A stretch of 64,000 nt of DNA, from NCBI GenBank assembly GCA_049840435.1, contig JASGKY010000013.1, positions 4,252-68,251 of the forward strand, in the 5' to 3' direction. The DNA comes from Verrucomicrobiota bacterium (lineage in GTDB: Bacteria; Verrucomicrobiota; Verrucomicrobiia; Limisphaerales; JADLHS01). Every line of letters begins with the position of its first letter. The stretch's first letter is position 1. The translations under genes were made by a program, and so were the position numbers. Under the pieces are notes generated by a model. The model was not told the DNA's origin, made no database searches, and saw only the letters and a list, made by a program, of their open reading frames with translations. Below, piece after piece: positions 37,681-48,360 of this stretch.

Positions 37681-39711
37681 TTACTCCTTTCCCTCGCCAT
37701 TCCGAGGGCTGGCTGGCAACCGGACGGTGAAGGTGCTGCCGCTGCCGGGTTTGCTTTCCACGCTGATTTTCCCTTGGTGCGCATCCACGATGAATTTGAC
37801 AATGCTCAGGCCCAAGCCGCAACCCTCCGCTTTCCGTGACAGTGAGTTGTCCACTTGATAAAAGCGGTCAAAAATTTTCCGGTGATGACGCCGAGCCAGG
37901 CCGATGCCGTTGTCGGAAACCGCGAAACAAACGGCGCGGTCCTCTGGGTAGAGGCGCAGCGAAACCTTTTTATGGTCGGTGGTATATTTGCAGGCGTTAT
38001 CCAGCAGGTTGACTAGCACGGTGACGATCGCGTCGTGATCCGCCGGGAGATCCGGCAGGTCGTTCGGGATTTCCAAGGTGAGCTGGCAATCGTGGCTGTC
38101 GTACTTGGTCTTGATGGCGGCCACGGCATCGTTGGCGATCACGGTCGGTTTGGTGTCCACGATGGTGAACGCCACCTTATTCCGCTCCATGCGCGAGAAG
38201 GTTAGGAAATTATCAATCATCCGGCTGAGGCGTTCGTTCTCCTTGGCGGTCAACTCAAGATAGCGCTGCACCTGCGCTTCGTCTTTCACGCGGCCTTCCA
38301 ACAGCGTGTCCACGAGCACCCGCATCGAAGCCAGTGGAGTTTTGAGTTCGTGGGAAACGGTGGCGATGAAGTCGTTCTTCATTTCGTTGAGCCGGATTTG
38401 TCGCCCTACCGCCCGTGTGGCAAAGCCGCCGATGCTGATGATCAGCAGGATGACCAGAAATCCGGTCCACGTATAGACCGCGATCTGCCGCCGGGCGGCT
38501 TTTTCAAAAACGTCGCTACCTTCAAAATAGAGTTCCACCTTCCAGCCGGGAAAACCATCCGGCATCGCTACGGTGGCGAACGCTTTACTCTGCGGTGCTT
38601 GTGTGCCAGAAACAAAATTCCCGGCAGTATCCAGGATGCGATAGGCGGCGGCAGTGCCGTGGAAAGCGGTGTGATAACCGGAGAGCATTGCGGTGATGCC
38701 CGCATCCGATAATGCCACGAGGAGTGTGGCGGATTTCGTCCGATGTCGCAGGGCATAACAGGGTTTTCCTTCAAGCTCGGTTTGAAACAAACCATCAAAC
38801 TGACTTGTGAAGGGCTGAAGTGTTTCCGCGGCAGCGAGGGAGAATTCCTCGGCCGCGACAAGTTTTTCGAGTTGGGTTTTAGCGGCTTGGTCGGCGAAGG
38901 GGAACGGACCGCGCAATGCGGCGAGAACTTTTTGGGCGATGAAGAGATTCTGGTTTGCCGGTAGCGCAGTCTGGCTGTCGTCAGAATTGTAGAGATCATC
39001 CATCAAGGCGGTGATGGTGCGGTGGAAAATTTCTCCGTGCTGTGGCTGAGTGGATTGCTTGAGCAATGAAAGCAACAGCAGGCGCGCAGTCTCGATGGTG
39101 GGGCGCAAAGTTGGGGCAGCGTTTTCCGGAACTGTAGCGAAGGCGGCGGTTTGACATGCTGTGATTGCTTCATCGCGGCGCCCGAGTTTAGCGAGGCAGC
39201 GGCTTTTACCCGCCACCGCGCCAATTGCCACCAACGAGTCGGCATCAGTAGTGAACCGATTGTAGAGTTGCACGGCTTGGGTGTAATCGCGTTTGGCAAA
39301 TTCCTCGTGCCACGCGCCGGCCAGTGGGCTGCCGGGGGACATGTCGTTACCTGACAATTCTCCCGTTCGCGGATACACCACGGTTCCGTCCGCGTTCCAA
39401 ATCACCAGGCCCTGAAAGTTGTTTTCCAAGACAAGCCGGCGGAATGCCGCATAGGGATTTGTCCCTGGTTGGACATGGTCAAGAGTTGCCAACCGGTTGG
39501 TGAACAACGCGTCGGTTTTGCCGGCAGCTTCCGCGAGCTTGTCCTGGTAGAGCGCCGCGAGTTTTTGCCGGACAACCAGGCGTTCGTTGGCGATCACCCG
39601 GTTCATGAACCAGAGCAAGCTCACCGAGGGCAGCACAACCGCGAGGCCGAGCAGGCCGAGCCATTGCAACTGATTCCGTCTGGTGAAAAACGACCTCACA
39701 GGTTTGATCAT
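37681..39711 (-). CDS. Sensor histidine kinase with large periplasmic domain
   Basis: Two TM segments flank a ~380-aa loop. H-box 'FIATVSHELKTPLASMRVLVDTL'; N/G boxes 'LVNLLDNACKYT', 'VSDNGIGL', 'GLGLSIVKFIV'. The start ATG overlaps the stop of the upstream gene (TAATG at 39713-39709). Confidence 0.85.
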   Translation of the reverse strand: MIKPVRSFFTRRNQLQWLGLLGLAVVLPSVSLLWFMNRVIANERLVVRQKLAALYQDKLAEAAGKTDALFTNRLATLDHVQPGTNPYAAFRRLVLENNFQGLVIWNADGTVVYPRTGELSGNDMSPGSPLAGAWHEEFAKRDYTQAVQLYNRFTTDADSLVAIGAVAGKSRCLAKLGRRDEAITACQTAAFATVPENAAPTLRPTIETARLLLLSLLKQSTQPQHGEIFHRTITALMDDLYNSDDSQTALPANQNLFIAQKVLAALRGPFPFADQAAKTQLEKLVAAEEFSLAAAETLQPFTSQFDGLFQTELEGKPCYALRHRTKSATLLVALSDAGITAMLSGYHTAFHGTAAAYRILDTAGNFVSGTQAPQSKAFATVAMPDGFPGWKVELYFEGSDVFEKAARRQIAVYTWTGFLVILLIISIGGFATRAVGRQIRLNEMKNDFIATVSHELKTPLASMRVLVDTLLEGRVKDEAQVQRYLELTAKENERLSRMIDNFLTFSRMERNKVAFTIVDTKPTVIANDAVAAIKTKYDSHDCQLTLEIPNDLPDLPADHDAIVTVLVNLLDNACKYTTDHKKVSLRLYPEDRAVCFAVSDNGIGLARRHHRKIFDRFYQVDNSLSRKAEGCGLGLSIVKFIVDAHQGKISVESKPGSGSTFTVRLPASPRNGEGKE

Positions 39712-42700
39712 TATGGGACGGCTGCACCGGCGGCCAGCGCCTTGATCGCGTTTGCTCCGAGCGCGTAATTGTAGACTTGGACTTCGTCCATCAGGCCGTC
39801 GAAGCAGCGGTTGGTGTCCTGCGCATTTTCCCCGATGAGCACGTCAAAATCGTTGCGGCTGATTCCGCCGGTCCAAGCATTGGTGGAGTTGAGTTGGCCA
39901 TCAAGATAAAGACTCAGAACTTTGCCGTTGTAAGTTCCGGCGATGTGATGCCATTCGCCCGGTTGCAACCGGGTCGGGCTGTTGACAAAAACATCGTCTC
40001 CGCCGTGCTGAACCGTGTTTACGGCAAAGTGCAAGCGTTGCTCGGTTTCGACCGCAGAGAGTCGCCACGCCGTGTCCCCTTTGGTGACGAGCGCGGTATA
40101 ATTGGCTGGACCGACCGAAAGTTTACCCAGCAGGCCACGCTCGCCTGGCTGCCAAAATCAAAAGCTGACTTGTCGGCGATGCGCACAAAGCTGCCCTTGC
40201 CATCCAAATCAATCGCCCCGCCAACTTTGCCTTTGCCAAATTTGGCGTTACCCACCAGCGTGCCGTTGTGGTTACCGCCGCTGCTGTCTTTGGCGGTCGG
40301 GCCTTGTGCATCATCGAACTTCCACCAACCGATAAGTCCTGCCAACTCGGCGGTGCCGAAGGCCTGCGGATTTTTCCAAGCCGAATTGTTTTTGTCGTGC
40401 CAGCAGAGCTTGGTGTCCCGCTTGCCGCCGTCGTCGTTGTCATTGACCTGAACTTCAAGCCCGAGTTTCGCGCCCGCGGAAGGTTTCGTGCCGAGCGTGG
40501 TCCAGGGGAATTTGGCTTCAATCCGATAACCTTTTTCAGTGGTGACCAACGTGTACTGTACATCTTGGGTGCGGTCGTGCTTGGTCTCCTTCAAAGTCGG
40601 GGTGGTTTTGTCCCAGTTGAAAGCGAAAAGGTAATCGTGCTCCCCAAACTCAGCCGATTTGGAATTGTCGGCATCAAGATAAATTTCGACGCTGTCGGAG
40701 TGTGGCCATTGCTCGGCCGTCGTGTCGTGCATGAGCGTGTCGTCGCTCACTTCCACCAGCACGTAGAGATTATTCTCGTCCCACAACGCCCGGTAACAGG
40801 CGGAGAGGTCATCCGCCGATGTGGCGGGAGTTTCCAGCGAGTTTGCCAGCTTGTATTCCCGCGCGGTATTCCACCCCTCGTCCTTGCTGCCATCAATGAC
40901 CGGCGCCTTGGACGCCGGCAGGATGGTGGCGGGCGTCTGCTGTTGGAGTTTCCTGGTGGCGGACTCGGCTCGGGCCTGATCTTTGAGTTGATTGAGTTGC
41001 GTCACCGGACCGAGAATCTGATTGAGCGGTGGGATGCCGGAGAGGTTGACATTCGCGACGAACCCGTTCTGTTGTTCGTCGGTGCGAAGTTCCAGGGCCG
41101 TGGCCTCTGCTGCGTGAGCGAGTTGTTCGAGGCTGGCGTTCCAATCCTTCAATTGGGTTTCGGTCAGACTTTTGGGTGTCATTATCGGACCCAAGAGCCG
41201 GATCGCGCCGCCGGCGTTGACCAAAATCAACTTGCTCGCCGTCGGGGGAAGGCTACCGATCGCTTTCTGCAATGGTCCCGAGGTCGTGATGGATTTATAA
41301 TTCTTGATGGGTATAGCAGAAGTGCCGCGGTGCAGCGACAGGAGGGTCGTCTTGTTAATCTGATCCAGTTGACAATAAACATCCTGTCCGCCCGCCGCGC
41401 CGACTTTGTATCGGCCATTCTGCGGGCTGGCGGCGGGATTGACCGTTGCGAGCAAGGTGCTCAAAATCTGTTTCGTCTGCTCGGGATTCCGACTGGTAAT
41501 CGCCAGCCTGAGGCATTCCGGGAAAGGGGCGTTCGTCGTGGTGCTCTCCACCCGTGTCGGCAGGGCGAAAATTGTGACTTGCTCGATGTTCGCAAAAATC
41601 TCCCGCCCGATGTCCAGTCCGGTCAGGTTTTGGATCTGGGATCGGACTTGCTCGGTCTGGATTCCGGGCTGGTTCAACGAGAAACTGGCCACCGCTACGG
41701 CTTCGGCGGGCACAATTTCGAGCACGGTTTTGCTGATGTTGGGCGTGCGGATCATGTCGTACGCCAGGCAGTGATGCCCGTCTTTGAACTGGAATTCGAG
41801 CCGCATCCCAATGCCGGTGGTTTCAATGGACTCAGTGAAGATCAGATCATCAATATTCCGGAAATCCGCGAACGCGTTGGCGGACTGAAGTTGAGCTGGC
41901 ACCCGACCCGGCGGAAACATTTTCAACACCTGATCATAGCCCTCATCCACGTTGGCCCAAAGGGTCATGACATTCTTCTGACGTTGATTCTTGTTCAGTC
42001 TTGCAAAGGACTTGTTGCTGCTGGCCAGCGTCGGTTCGGAGCTCAAGTGTTTGTATTGTTTAACGCACCATTGAAGCTGGTTCGCCGGACGCGCCATGAG
42101 GACGATTTTATCGTCATAGGCCACGGCCATGTCTTCGGGGAGATTTACCACCGACAATCCTTCGATGGGAGTGCCCGTCGTCCCGGCCATGCCCAGGCCG
42201 GCCAAGATCAAACCGCGCAACGCATCACTCTTGCCCGGATACAACACCGCAATCAGCTGCGGGTGGTTTTGGCCTGCCGTGGCGATGCTGGTGACCCCGA
42301 TGGCCGAGCTGCGGATTTTTTTGAATTCCGCCATCATGCTTGGATTCAACAGTGCGCCCATGATGTCGCCTGGTGATTTCTGGCGACCGTTATTTCCATT
42401 CATGGCAGCCAATGGGTTCTCGAAGGGAGTGTCTTTGAGCATGGCCAGAACGGTTTCGATCTGGCGGCCCGGGCTGCCAAATTCCAGATACGCCAACGTC
42501 CCCGGCGGCATCAGTGCGGCGGGATCAAAATCTGTCAGGTCCTCCAGCACCGGTCGGGCTTTGTCCACCAACTCGGTCTGGCTGGCATATTCGGCCACGA
42601 GCTTTTCCAACACCGTCCGTGCGGCCGCTTCATCTTTGATCTTCAGGTAACACATCCCCTGACGATAAAGCGCTTGAGCGGCGTGCGCGGGGGGCGCAGA

Positions 42701-42868
42701 TTTGTTTTTGATGACCTCGCTGTAGATTCTGATGGCCGAATCTATGTTGCCCTCCACTTCTTCAGCGTAGAGCCCCTGTTGGAGTAGTTCGCCGGTGGTG
42801 GCGGCGCTAGTCAGATGGCTGGTCAGCGTCAAGACCATCAGAGCGATGGCAAGATGTTTGATTTTCAT
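39711..42868 (-). pseudogene. Large secreted TPR / CBM9-like / LamG (concanavalin-type lectin) protein; one frame break near 40110-40120
   Basis: Signal 'MKIKHLAIALMVLTLTSHLTSA'. TPR-like 'AQALYRQGMCYLKIKDEAAARTVLEKLV'. CBM9-like 'YRALWDENNLYVLVEVSDDTLMHD..SDSVEIYLDADNS..GYRIEAKFPW..GLEVQVNDND'. The LamG domain is split: '..AIDLDGKGSFVRIADKSAFDFGSQ..WVNF' (ORF 40019..42868) and 'GPANYTALVTKGDTAWRLSAVETEQRLHFAVNT..GEWHHIAGTYNGKVLSLYLDGQL..FDGLMDEVQVYNYAL' (frame of ORF 39711..40034). Confidence 0.7.
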
Positions 42869-42895
42869 TAAAAGTGCTGGGTTGAGTTTCTTAAG

Positions 42896-43117
42896 TTATG
42901 TTGCGTCAAGCGATACAAGATTGTTGCGAGAAAAACGGGGAAGACATCTCGGTCGGGCATGGTGATCGGCCGCCTCCCAAGCAGACATCTCAGCCGCTCG
43001 CAAGCGACGCAGTTTTTCGCGATTGCCGCTGGTAACGGGTACGCGCAACGACGGTGCGATGGGAGTAGTGCGAGAGGTCGGGGCCATGGTAGCGGTAATT
43101 TCGGTTGCTGTTTTCAT
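42896..43117 (-). CDS. Candidate small protein (73 aa), first ORF of the two-component operon
   Basis: 'MKTATEITATMAPTSRTTPIAPSLRVPVTSGNREKLRRLRAAEMSAWEAADHH..'. The ORF starts 30 nt downstream of element copy B and stops 27 nt before the next gene. There is no family support. Confidence 0.3.
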   Translation of the reverse strand: MKTATEITATMAPTSRTTPIAPSLRVPVTSGNREKLRRLRAAEMSAWEAADHHARPRCLPRFSRNNLVSLDAT

Positions 43118-43146
43118 AATCATTCCGGTTTGGAACGGCTGGGTTG

Positions 43147-43211
43147 AACAACGATTACGCCCGCCAGACTAAAGAAGGATTGTTACCGTTTTGCTACCGT
43201 CGCGTCCTTTT
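43147..43211 (-). promoter_or_regulatory. Conserved 65-nt upstream element, copy B (TTGTTACCGTt/TTGCTACCGTc)
   Basis: See copy A. Copy B lies 30-94 nt upstream of the 43117 ATG, at the head of the operon small ORF - TPR/CBM9/LamG - HK - RR. Confidence 0.6.
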
Positions 43212-43466
43212 ACCGACAAAATCACGCGCTTGTAATGGCGAGATTTCATCGGGTGGGGTGAGGGGTTTCGTTACTTTCTATTCGGGAATTATTTCTGAGC
43301 ATCACGCTAGAAAGCAGTTTGCGGCCATAACGGCAAAGGTCCCAAACGCTATTCCCAGCATCGTTAACAGTTGAAAGAGATGTGGGGGGAAACGTTTGCG
43401 TTCATGATAGATCTGAGCGGCTCGGCTGCGGACGAGATTTCCCGGCCGCTTACGCGCGAGACACAT

Positions 43467-44228
43467 TCACGTTGGCGGAAGGTTGGGAGGATCATCCCGT
43501 TCGGTGGGCGAGACCGGGGCTGGCAGCAGTCGCCCGAGGTTTTCGAGGATCGTGATCTTCTGCCAAATTTTGCGCGACAGCCCGGCCGTTAGATCCTCCA
43601 CGTCGTCCACGGCATCGAGCAGGACGGTATCTTGAAAGCCTTGGACGTAGAGCGTGGCGATCTTGCTGATCAACGCCAGCGATTCGCTGCAATAGTCGAG
43701 GTAGCGGTTCAGCTCGAACGGCGTCAACGCGCGTTTTGGAGTGGTGGCGGGACGCGCAAAGCAGCTTTCGGGATGCTTGGTCAACTGGTGCATGTCCACG
43801 ATATGGGCCAACGCCCGAAGTTCGTGGATGGCTTTCAAGGCGCGGTTGCGTTTGATGCGGTTTTCCCAGCCCACGAAGAATAGAATTGCCGCGCCGACGA
43901 ACACGACGGAGCTGATGCTGGCTTCGAGCGACTGGATGAAGTTGGTGTAGTCGTCAATTTTGAACTGGCGGATGTGCAGCAGCATTCCCGTCAAGAGGGC
44001 GATGACGACGAGACTGAGGATCGCCGCGGTCAGGCGCAGCGGGAAGTGCGGCTTTTGAATCCACTCGGTACGCGTGACGTTTTCCTGGGCGACATGCAAC
44101 AGTTCACTCGCCACCTTGCTAAGGCCCGAACCGGGAAATCGTCCTTCGATTCGGTCTTGCAGCATCCGGACGGTGGCCACGATCTCTTGCGGGTCCAGCT
44201 GGCGATAGTTCGGGTTGGGCGCGGCCAT
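43467..44228 (-). CDS. Hypothetical membrane protein (2 TM)
   Basis: Starts 'MAAPNPNYRQLDPQEIV' (internal Met of ORF 43467..44471). TM segments are 'LRLTAAILSLVVIALLTGMLL' and 'SISSVVFVGAAILFFVGW'. No family was recognised. Confidence 0.4.
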   Translation of the reverse strand: MAAPNPNYRQLDPQEIVATVRMLQDRIEGRFPGSGLSKVASELLHVAQENVTRTEWIQKPHFPLRLTAAILSLVVIALLTGMLLHIRQFKIDDYTNFIQSLEASISSVVFVGAAILFFVGWENRIKRNRALKAIHELRALAHIVDMHQLTKHPESCFARPATTPKRALTPFELNRYLDYCSESLALISKIATLYVQGFQDTVLLDAVDDVEDLTAGLSRKIWQKITILENLGRLLPAPVSPTERDDPPNLPPT

Positions 44229-44290
44229 GATGCGCGAGCGTAGAGTTCGCCGGGCGTGCGGGCAAGCCGAGACGTGTTCCGAGCGGCGGA

Positions 44291-44530
44291 TCAATAACCT
44301 TGTTTCCCGAGCCAGTAAATTGCCGCCATTACGGCGATGCTGAGGAGTGACATCAACAGCCAACTGCTCACCAGGTAAGACAACGCAATCATCAGGAGTC
44401 CTCCAAGCATCGGCAGCAGCGCGCCCTGTCTTTTGCCGTAGATGAAATAGCCGACTCCGATCGAGCCCCACAGCAGCGATGCCAAGAGAAAGCTGGTGTT
44501 GAAGAGATTGGAATCGGCTTGGTTCTCCAT
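44291..44530 (-). CDS. Small hydrophobic membrane protein (79 aa, 3 predicted TM)
   Basis: 'FLLASLLWGSIGVGYFIY', 'LLPMLGGLLMIALSYLV' and 'LLMSLLSIAVMAAIYWL'. Confidence 0.45.
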   Translation of the reverse strand: MENQADSNLFNTSFLLASLLWGSIGVGYFIYGKRQGALLPMLGGLLMIALSYLVSSWLLMSLLSIAVMAAIYWLGKQGY

Positions 44531-44747
44531 GATGACTCAGACACTGGCGGACAGGTGTTGTTCATTCAGATCATGCCTTCACGATCTGCGGTCCGGCAGA
44601 GACATGGTGGTATTATGAGCGGCAAGATAGTCTTTTGAAATGACGTTAGAGAGGAAATTGCCCGCGCGAAGCTTTGGTGGTAAAGTCGTGCGGCTTTGGG
44701 GGGCGCAAGGCGGTAAATTACCAGTGATTGGCGAGCAAACCAAAAGC

Positions 44748-46295
44748 ATGTACACAAATAAACGATCGAGAGAAACCTGCGCGTTCATTGCGAGCGTTGG
44801 GCTTGTGCTGATTGCTATTGGTCTGAACGCGGTGGTAGCTTCTGCGGCCACTTACCATGTCCGGGCTGGGGCTACAGGTGCGGCAAATGGCATTGATTGG
44901 AACAATGCATATCCGACGCTTCCAACGACCTTGCTGCGCGGTTCGACTTACTACGTAGCTGCGGGTGCGTACGCCGGCTATACGTTCAACACTATTGAAA
45001 GTGGCGCCAGTCTGGTCACGATCAAGAAAGCCACCCTTCTGGATCATGGCAGCAATACTGGATGGAATGACAACTACGGCAGCGGTCCGGCGGTATTCAC
45101 CAACTATTGGCAGATCGCCCGCGGCTATCTTGTGCTGGATGGCCAGGTCGGCGGCGGGCCACAAAGTTGGACTAACGGTTACGGGTTCAAAATTCAGTCT
45201 CCTTCTAAAGTCAACTTTCAACCGGGTATCTCCATTTCAGACAACCGTCGCTATGTCACGCTGCGCCATATCGAAGTGGAAGGGAACGGCGGGGATGGCG
45301 ATGGTGGCGCGGGTGGCCAAGCGAACGACGCGTTGAGCATCGGCATTAACACAGATTTTACGACGGTTTCGTACGTTTACCTCCACGACGTTGGGCGCTG
45401 TCTGATCTTCGGCCATGGGCACAACATGTTCTTCGAATATGTTTACGGAGGCAGATTCGAATCCACGGATGTTGAACATGCGGAGATTGCATCGCTCTGG
45501 GCGTCTCTGCCGCCCACGACTGTCTGTACCAATGTGACTTTTGCCAATTGTGTCTGGTCGCACATGGAGGGCACGGGCGGATTGATCATGTTTGCCGATG
45601 GCGTGAAGATTTATGGCAATGTGTTCTACCGGCCCGCCAACGTTACGTTTCCCGTCGCCCACGGCTGCATCTCGACTTGGGTGAATGCCGGCGGAGTTTT
45701 TGCCCGCGCCAGGATCTTCAATAACGCCTTTCTCGACTTGGGCTCGAGTTTTCCGGCGTTTAATTTCAGCTTTGGACAAAACACCGGCGACATCCAAGTG
45801 TTGAATAACATCTTCTACAACTGTCGCGTGGATTTCAGCAATGTAACCCAGCACAACTACAATTTGTTCGTCAGCTCCTCGGGCGCCACGGCTAGCAGTG
45901 AATCCAACGGTGCGACTGCGGCCAGCACTATCTTCAACGATTATCGCGCGCTCAACTTCACCTTGAAAAGCAACACGCTGGCTGGGGTTGCCGTGGGCGC
46001 ACCATATGATCTTGATCCGAACGATGCGACCCGCACCACTTGGACGCGGGGGGCGTACGAATTTGGTTCTGGCGTTGCGGGGGTAAAGCTGGAGATGCAA
46101 CGAGCCGGCGCGCAATTTGTCTTCTCCTGGCCGGACACCCCCGCCAGTTACCAGCTTTGCGTCACGACGAATACGGCGCTTCCGATTGCCTGGAATGCTT
46201 TGACCAACGCGCCGACTCTTTCCAACGGGATCTGGAATCTCAGCCTGCCTGCGCCAACAACACAAAGGCAATTCTTCCGCTTGCAACGGCAGTGA
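44748..46295 (+). CDS. Secreted right-handed beta-helix (pectate-lyase-fold) protein with the shared C-terminal module
   Basis: Signal anchor 'CAFIASVGLVLIAIGLNAVVASA'. 'ATYHVRAGATGAANGIDWNNAYPTLPTTLLRGSTYYVAAGAY' is typical of beta-helix N-termini, followed by repeated short rungs ('FANCVW', 'IYGNVFY', 'IFNNAFLD', 'VLNNIFYN'). The start is an internal Met of ORF 44640..46295. Confidence 0.55.
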   Translation: MYTNKRSRETCAFIASVGLVLIAIGLNAVVASAATYHVRAGATGAANGIDWNNAYPTLPTTLLRGSTYYVAAGAYAGYTFNTIESGASLVTIKKATLLDHGSNTGWNDNYGSGPAVFTNYWQIARGYLVLDGQVGGGPQSWTNGYGFKIQSPSKVNFQPGISISDNRRYVTLRHIEVEGNGGDGDGGAGGQANDALSIGINTDFTTVSYVYLHDVGRCLIFGHGHNMFFEYVYGGRFESTDVEHAEIASLWASLPPTTVCTNVTFANCVWSHMEGTGGLIMFADGVKIYGNVFYRPANVTFPVAHGCISTWVNAGGVFARARIFNNAFLDLGSSFPAFNFSFGQNTGDIQVLNNIFYNCRVDFSNVTQHNYNLFVSSSGATASSESNGATAASTIFNDYRALNFTLKSNTLAGVAVGAPYDLDPNDATRTTWTRGAYEFGSGVAGVKLEMQRAGAQFVFSWPDTPASYQLCVTTNTALPIAWNALTNAPTLSNGIWNLSLPAPTTQRQFFRLQRQ

Positions 46296-46835
46296 TGGTT
46301 GCCCTGACACCGGTGGTTGCGGCCCGCACAATCTTCATGCTGGGATGCAGAAGCGGAGGAGGTAATGGGCCGAGCAACCTGATTGAATTGGGGCATGCTC
46401 CCTTTGTTTTTACCAGGTCCTGATTGCGCAGGTGCTGGCGCCGGTCACGTTGAGCGGAATGGAAAGTGCCCAACTCTGAAGTTCCTGATGACTATCACCA
46501 ATCCTGTGCGCCGGAGGTTTTCGTGAGCATTGAAAACGGCTTTGAAGTGGCTGGAGGAGGTAAAGACTGCCGGCTTGGTCAAGGCCAACGAGAATGGCAA
46601 GACAAGCTATGAACCTAATATGGCTTCAACCGAAGTTTGCTGAGCACGCTTCTATGACTTGAAAACCAACTCGCCACTTTTTCCCAGTCAGGACGGGATC
46701 ATCTATGATGACGTTTGCGGCGATGTCGGTAAAAATAACCTCGGCTACGACTACTACCCAAGGCAGCCCGGCAGTCTCTTGAAGAGCGGCCTGCAGAAAT
46801 GGCGCAAGCTGTTGGCGAACCAAACGAAGAAATAA
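46295..46835 (+). pseudogene. Degraded lipoprotein gene (several frame breaks plus an in-frame TGA)
   Basis: The ATG overlaps the upstream stop (TGATG, 46293-46297). 'MVALTPVVAARTIFMLGCRSGGG' has a lipobox (L-G-C). The frame stops at 46421-46423. Protein-like text resumes in other frames: 'VPDDYHQSCAPEVFVSIENG', then 'ALKWLEEVKTAGLVKANENGKTSYEPNMASTEVC*ARFYDLKTNSPLFPSQDGIIYDDVCGDVGKNNLGYDYYPRQPGSLLKSGLQKWRKLLANQTKK*' (TGA at 46641-46643, final stop 46833-46835). Confidence 0.35.
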
Positions 46836-46868
46836 AAACCCCGGAAGCCAGTTGCCTGACTTCCGGGA
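46834..46868 (-). terminator. Rho-independent terminator of eno
   Basis: The minus strand reads cccggaag-tcaggcaactgg-cttccggg followed by gttttta. It is preceded (46882-46900) by a second perfect hairpin, cggcactc-tgt-gagtgccg. Confidence 0.55.
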
Positions 46869-46928
46869 GTGAATCTTGTAGCGGCACTCTGTGAGTGCCG
46901 TCGGGCGGTCATAGACCACCGCTACAAC

Positions 46929-48227
<1,299 letters not shown>

Positions 48228-48360
48228 TCAGTTTGGAACTCAAGCGATCAGGCGCGTTCATGCAACGAGCTTCTGATAACTAAATTCATGAAGCCCGCAT
48301 GATAAAACCCGCTCGGAGTGAGTCAAGGAATGGGTTTGGCTAAAACTGACTGGATATTGC

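Noticed and set aside
40268-42376. Very long antisense ORFs: 40268..42376 (+, 702 aa), 8224..9894 (-, 556 aa), 48772..50406 (+, 544 aa), 52267..53568 (+, 433 aa), 20318..21541 (+, 407 aa), 29478..30629 (-, 383 aa), 61774..62907 (+, 377 aa), 45237..46331 (-, 364 aa), 46869..47876 (+, 335 aa)
   Set aside because: Each lies opposite a gene with clear family motifs (TPR/CBM9/LamG protein, Gfo/Idh/MocA oxidoreductase, rsmH/PL11 lyase, cysI, Trx-like protein, MBOAT, beta-helix protein, eno). Their translations are Arg/Gly/His-rich low-complexity text with no motifs. These are shadow ORFs typical of GC-rich coding DNA.
46641-46643. In-frame TGA directly after Cys ('EVC-TGA-ARFYDL') as a possible selenocysteine codon
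   Set aside because: No SECIS-like hairpin is evident in the ~40 nt downstream. The same gene also needs several frame corrections. Decay is the simpler explanation.
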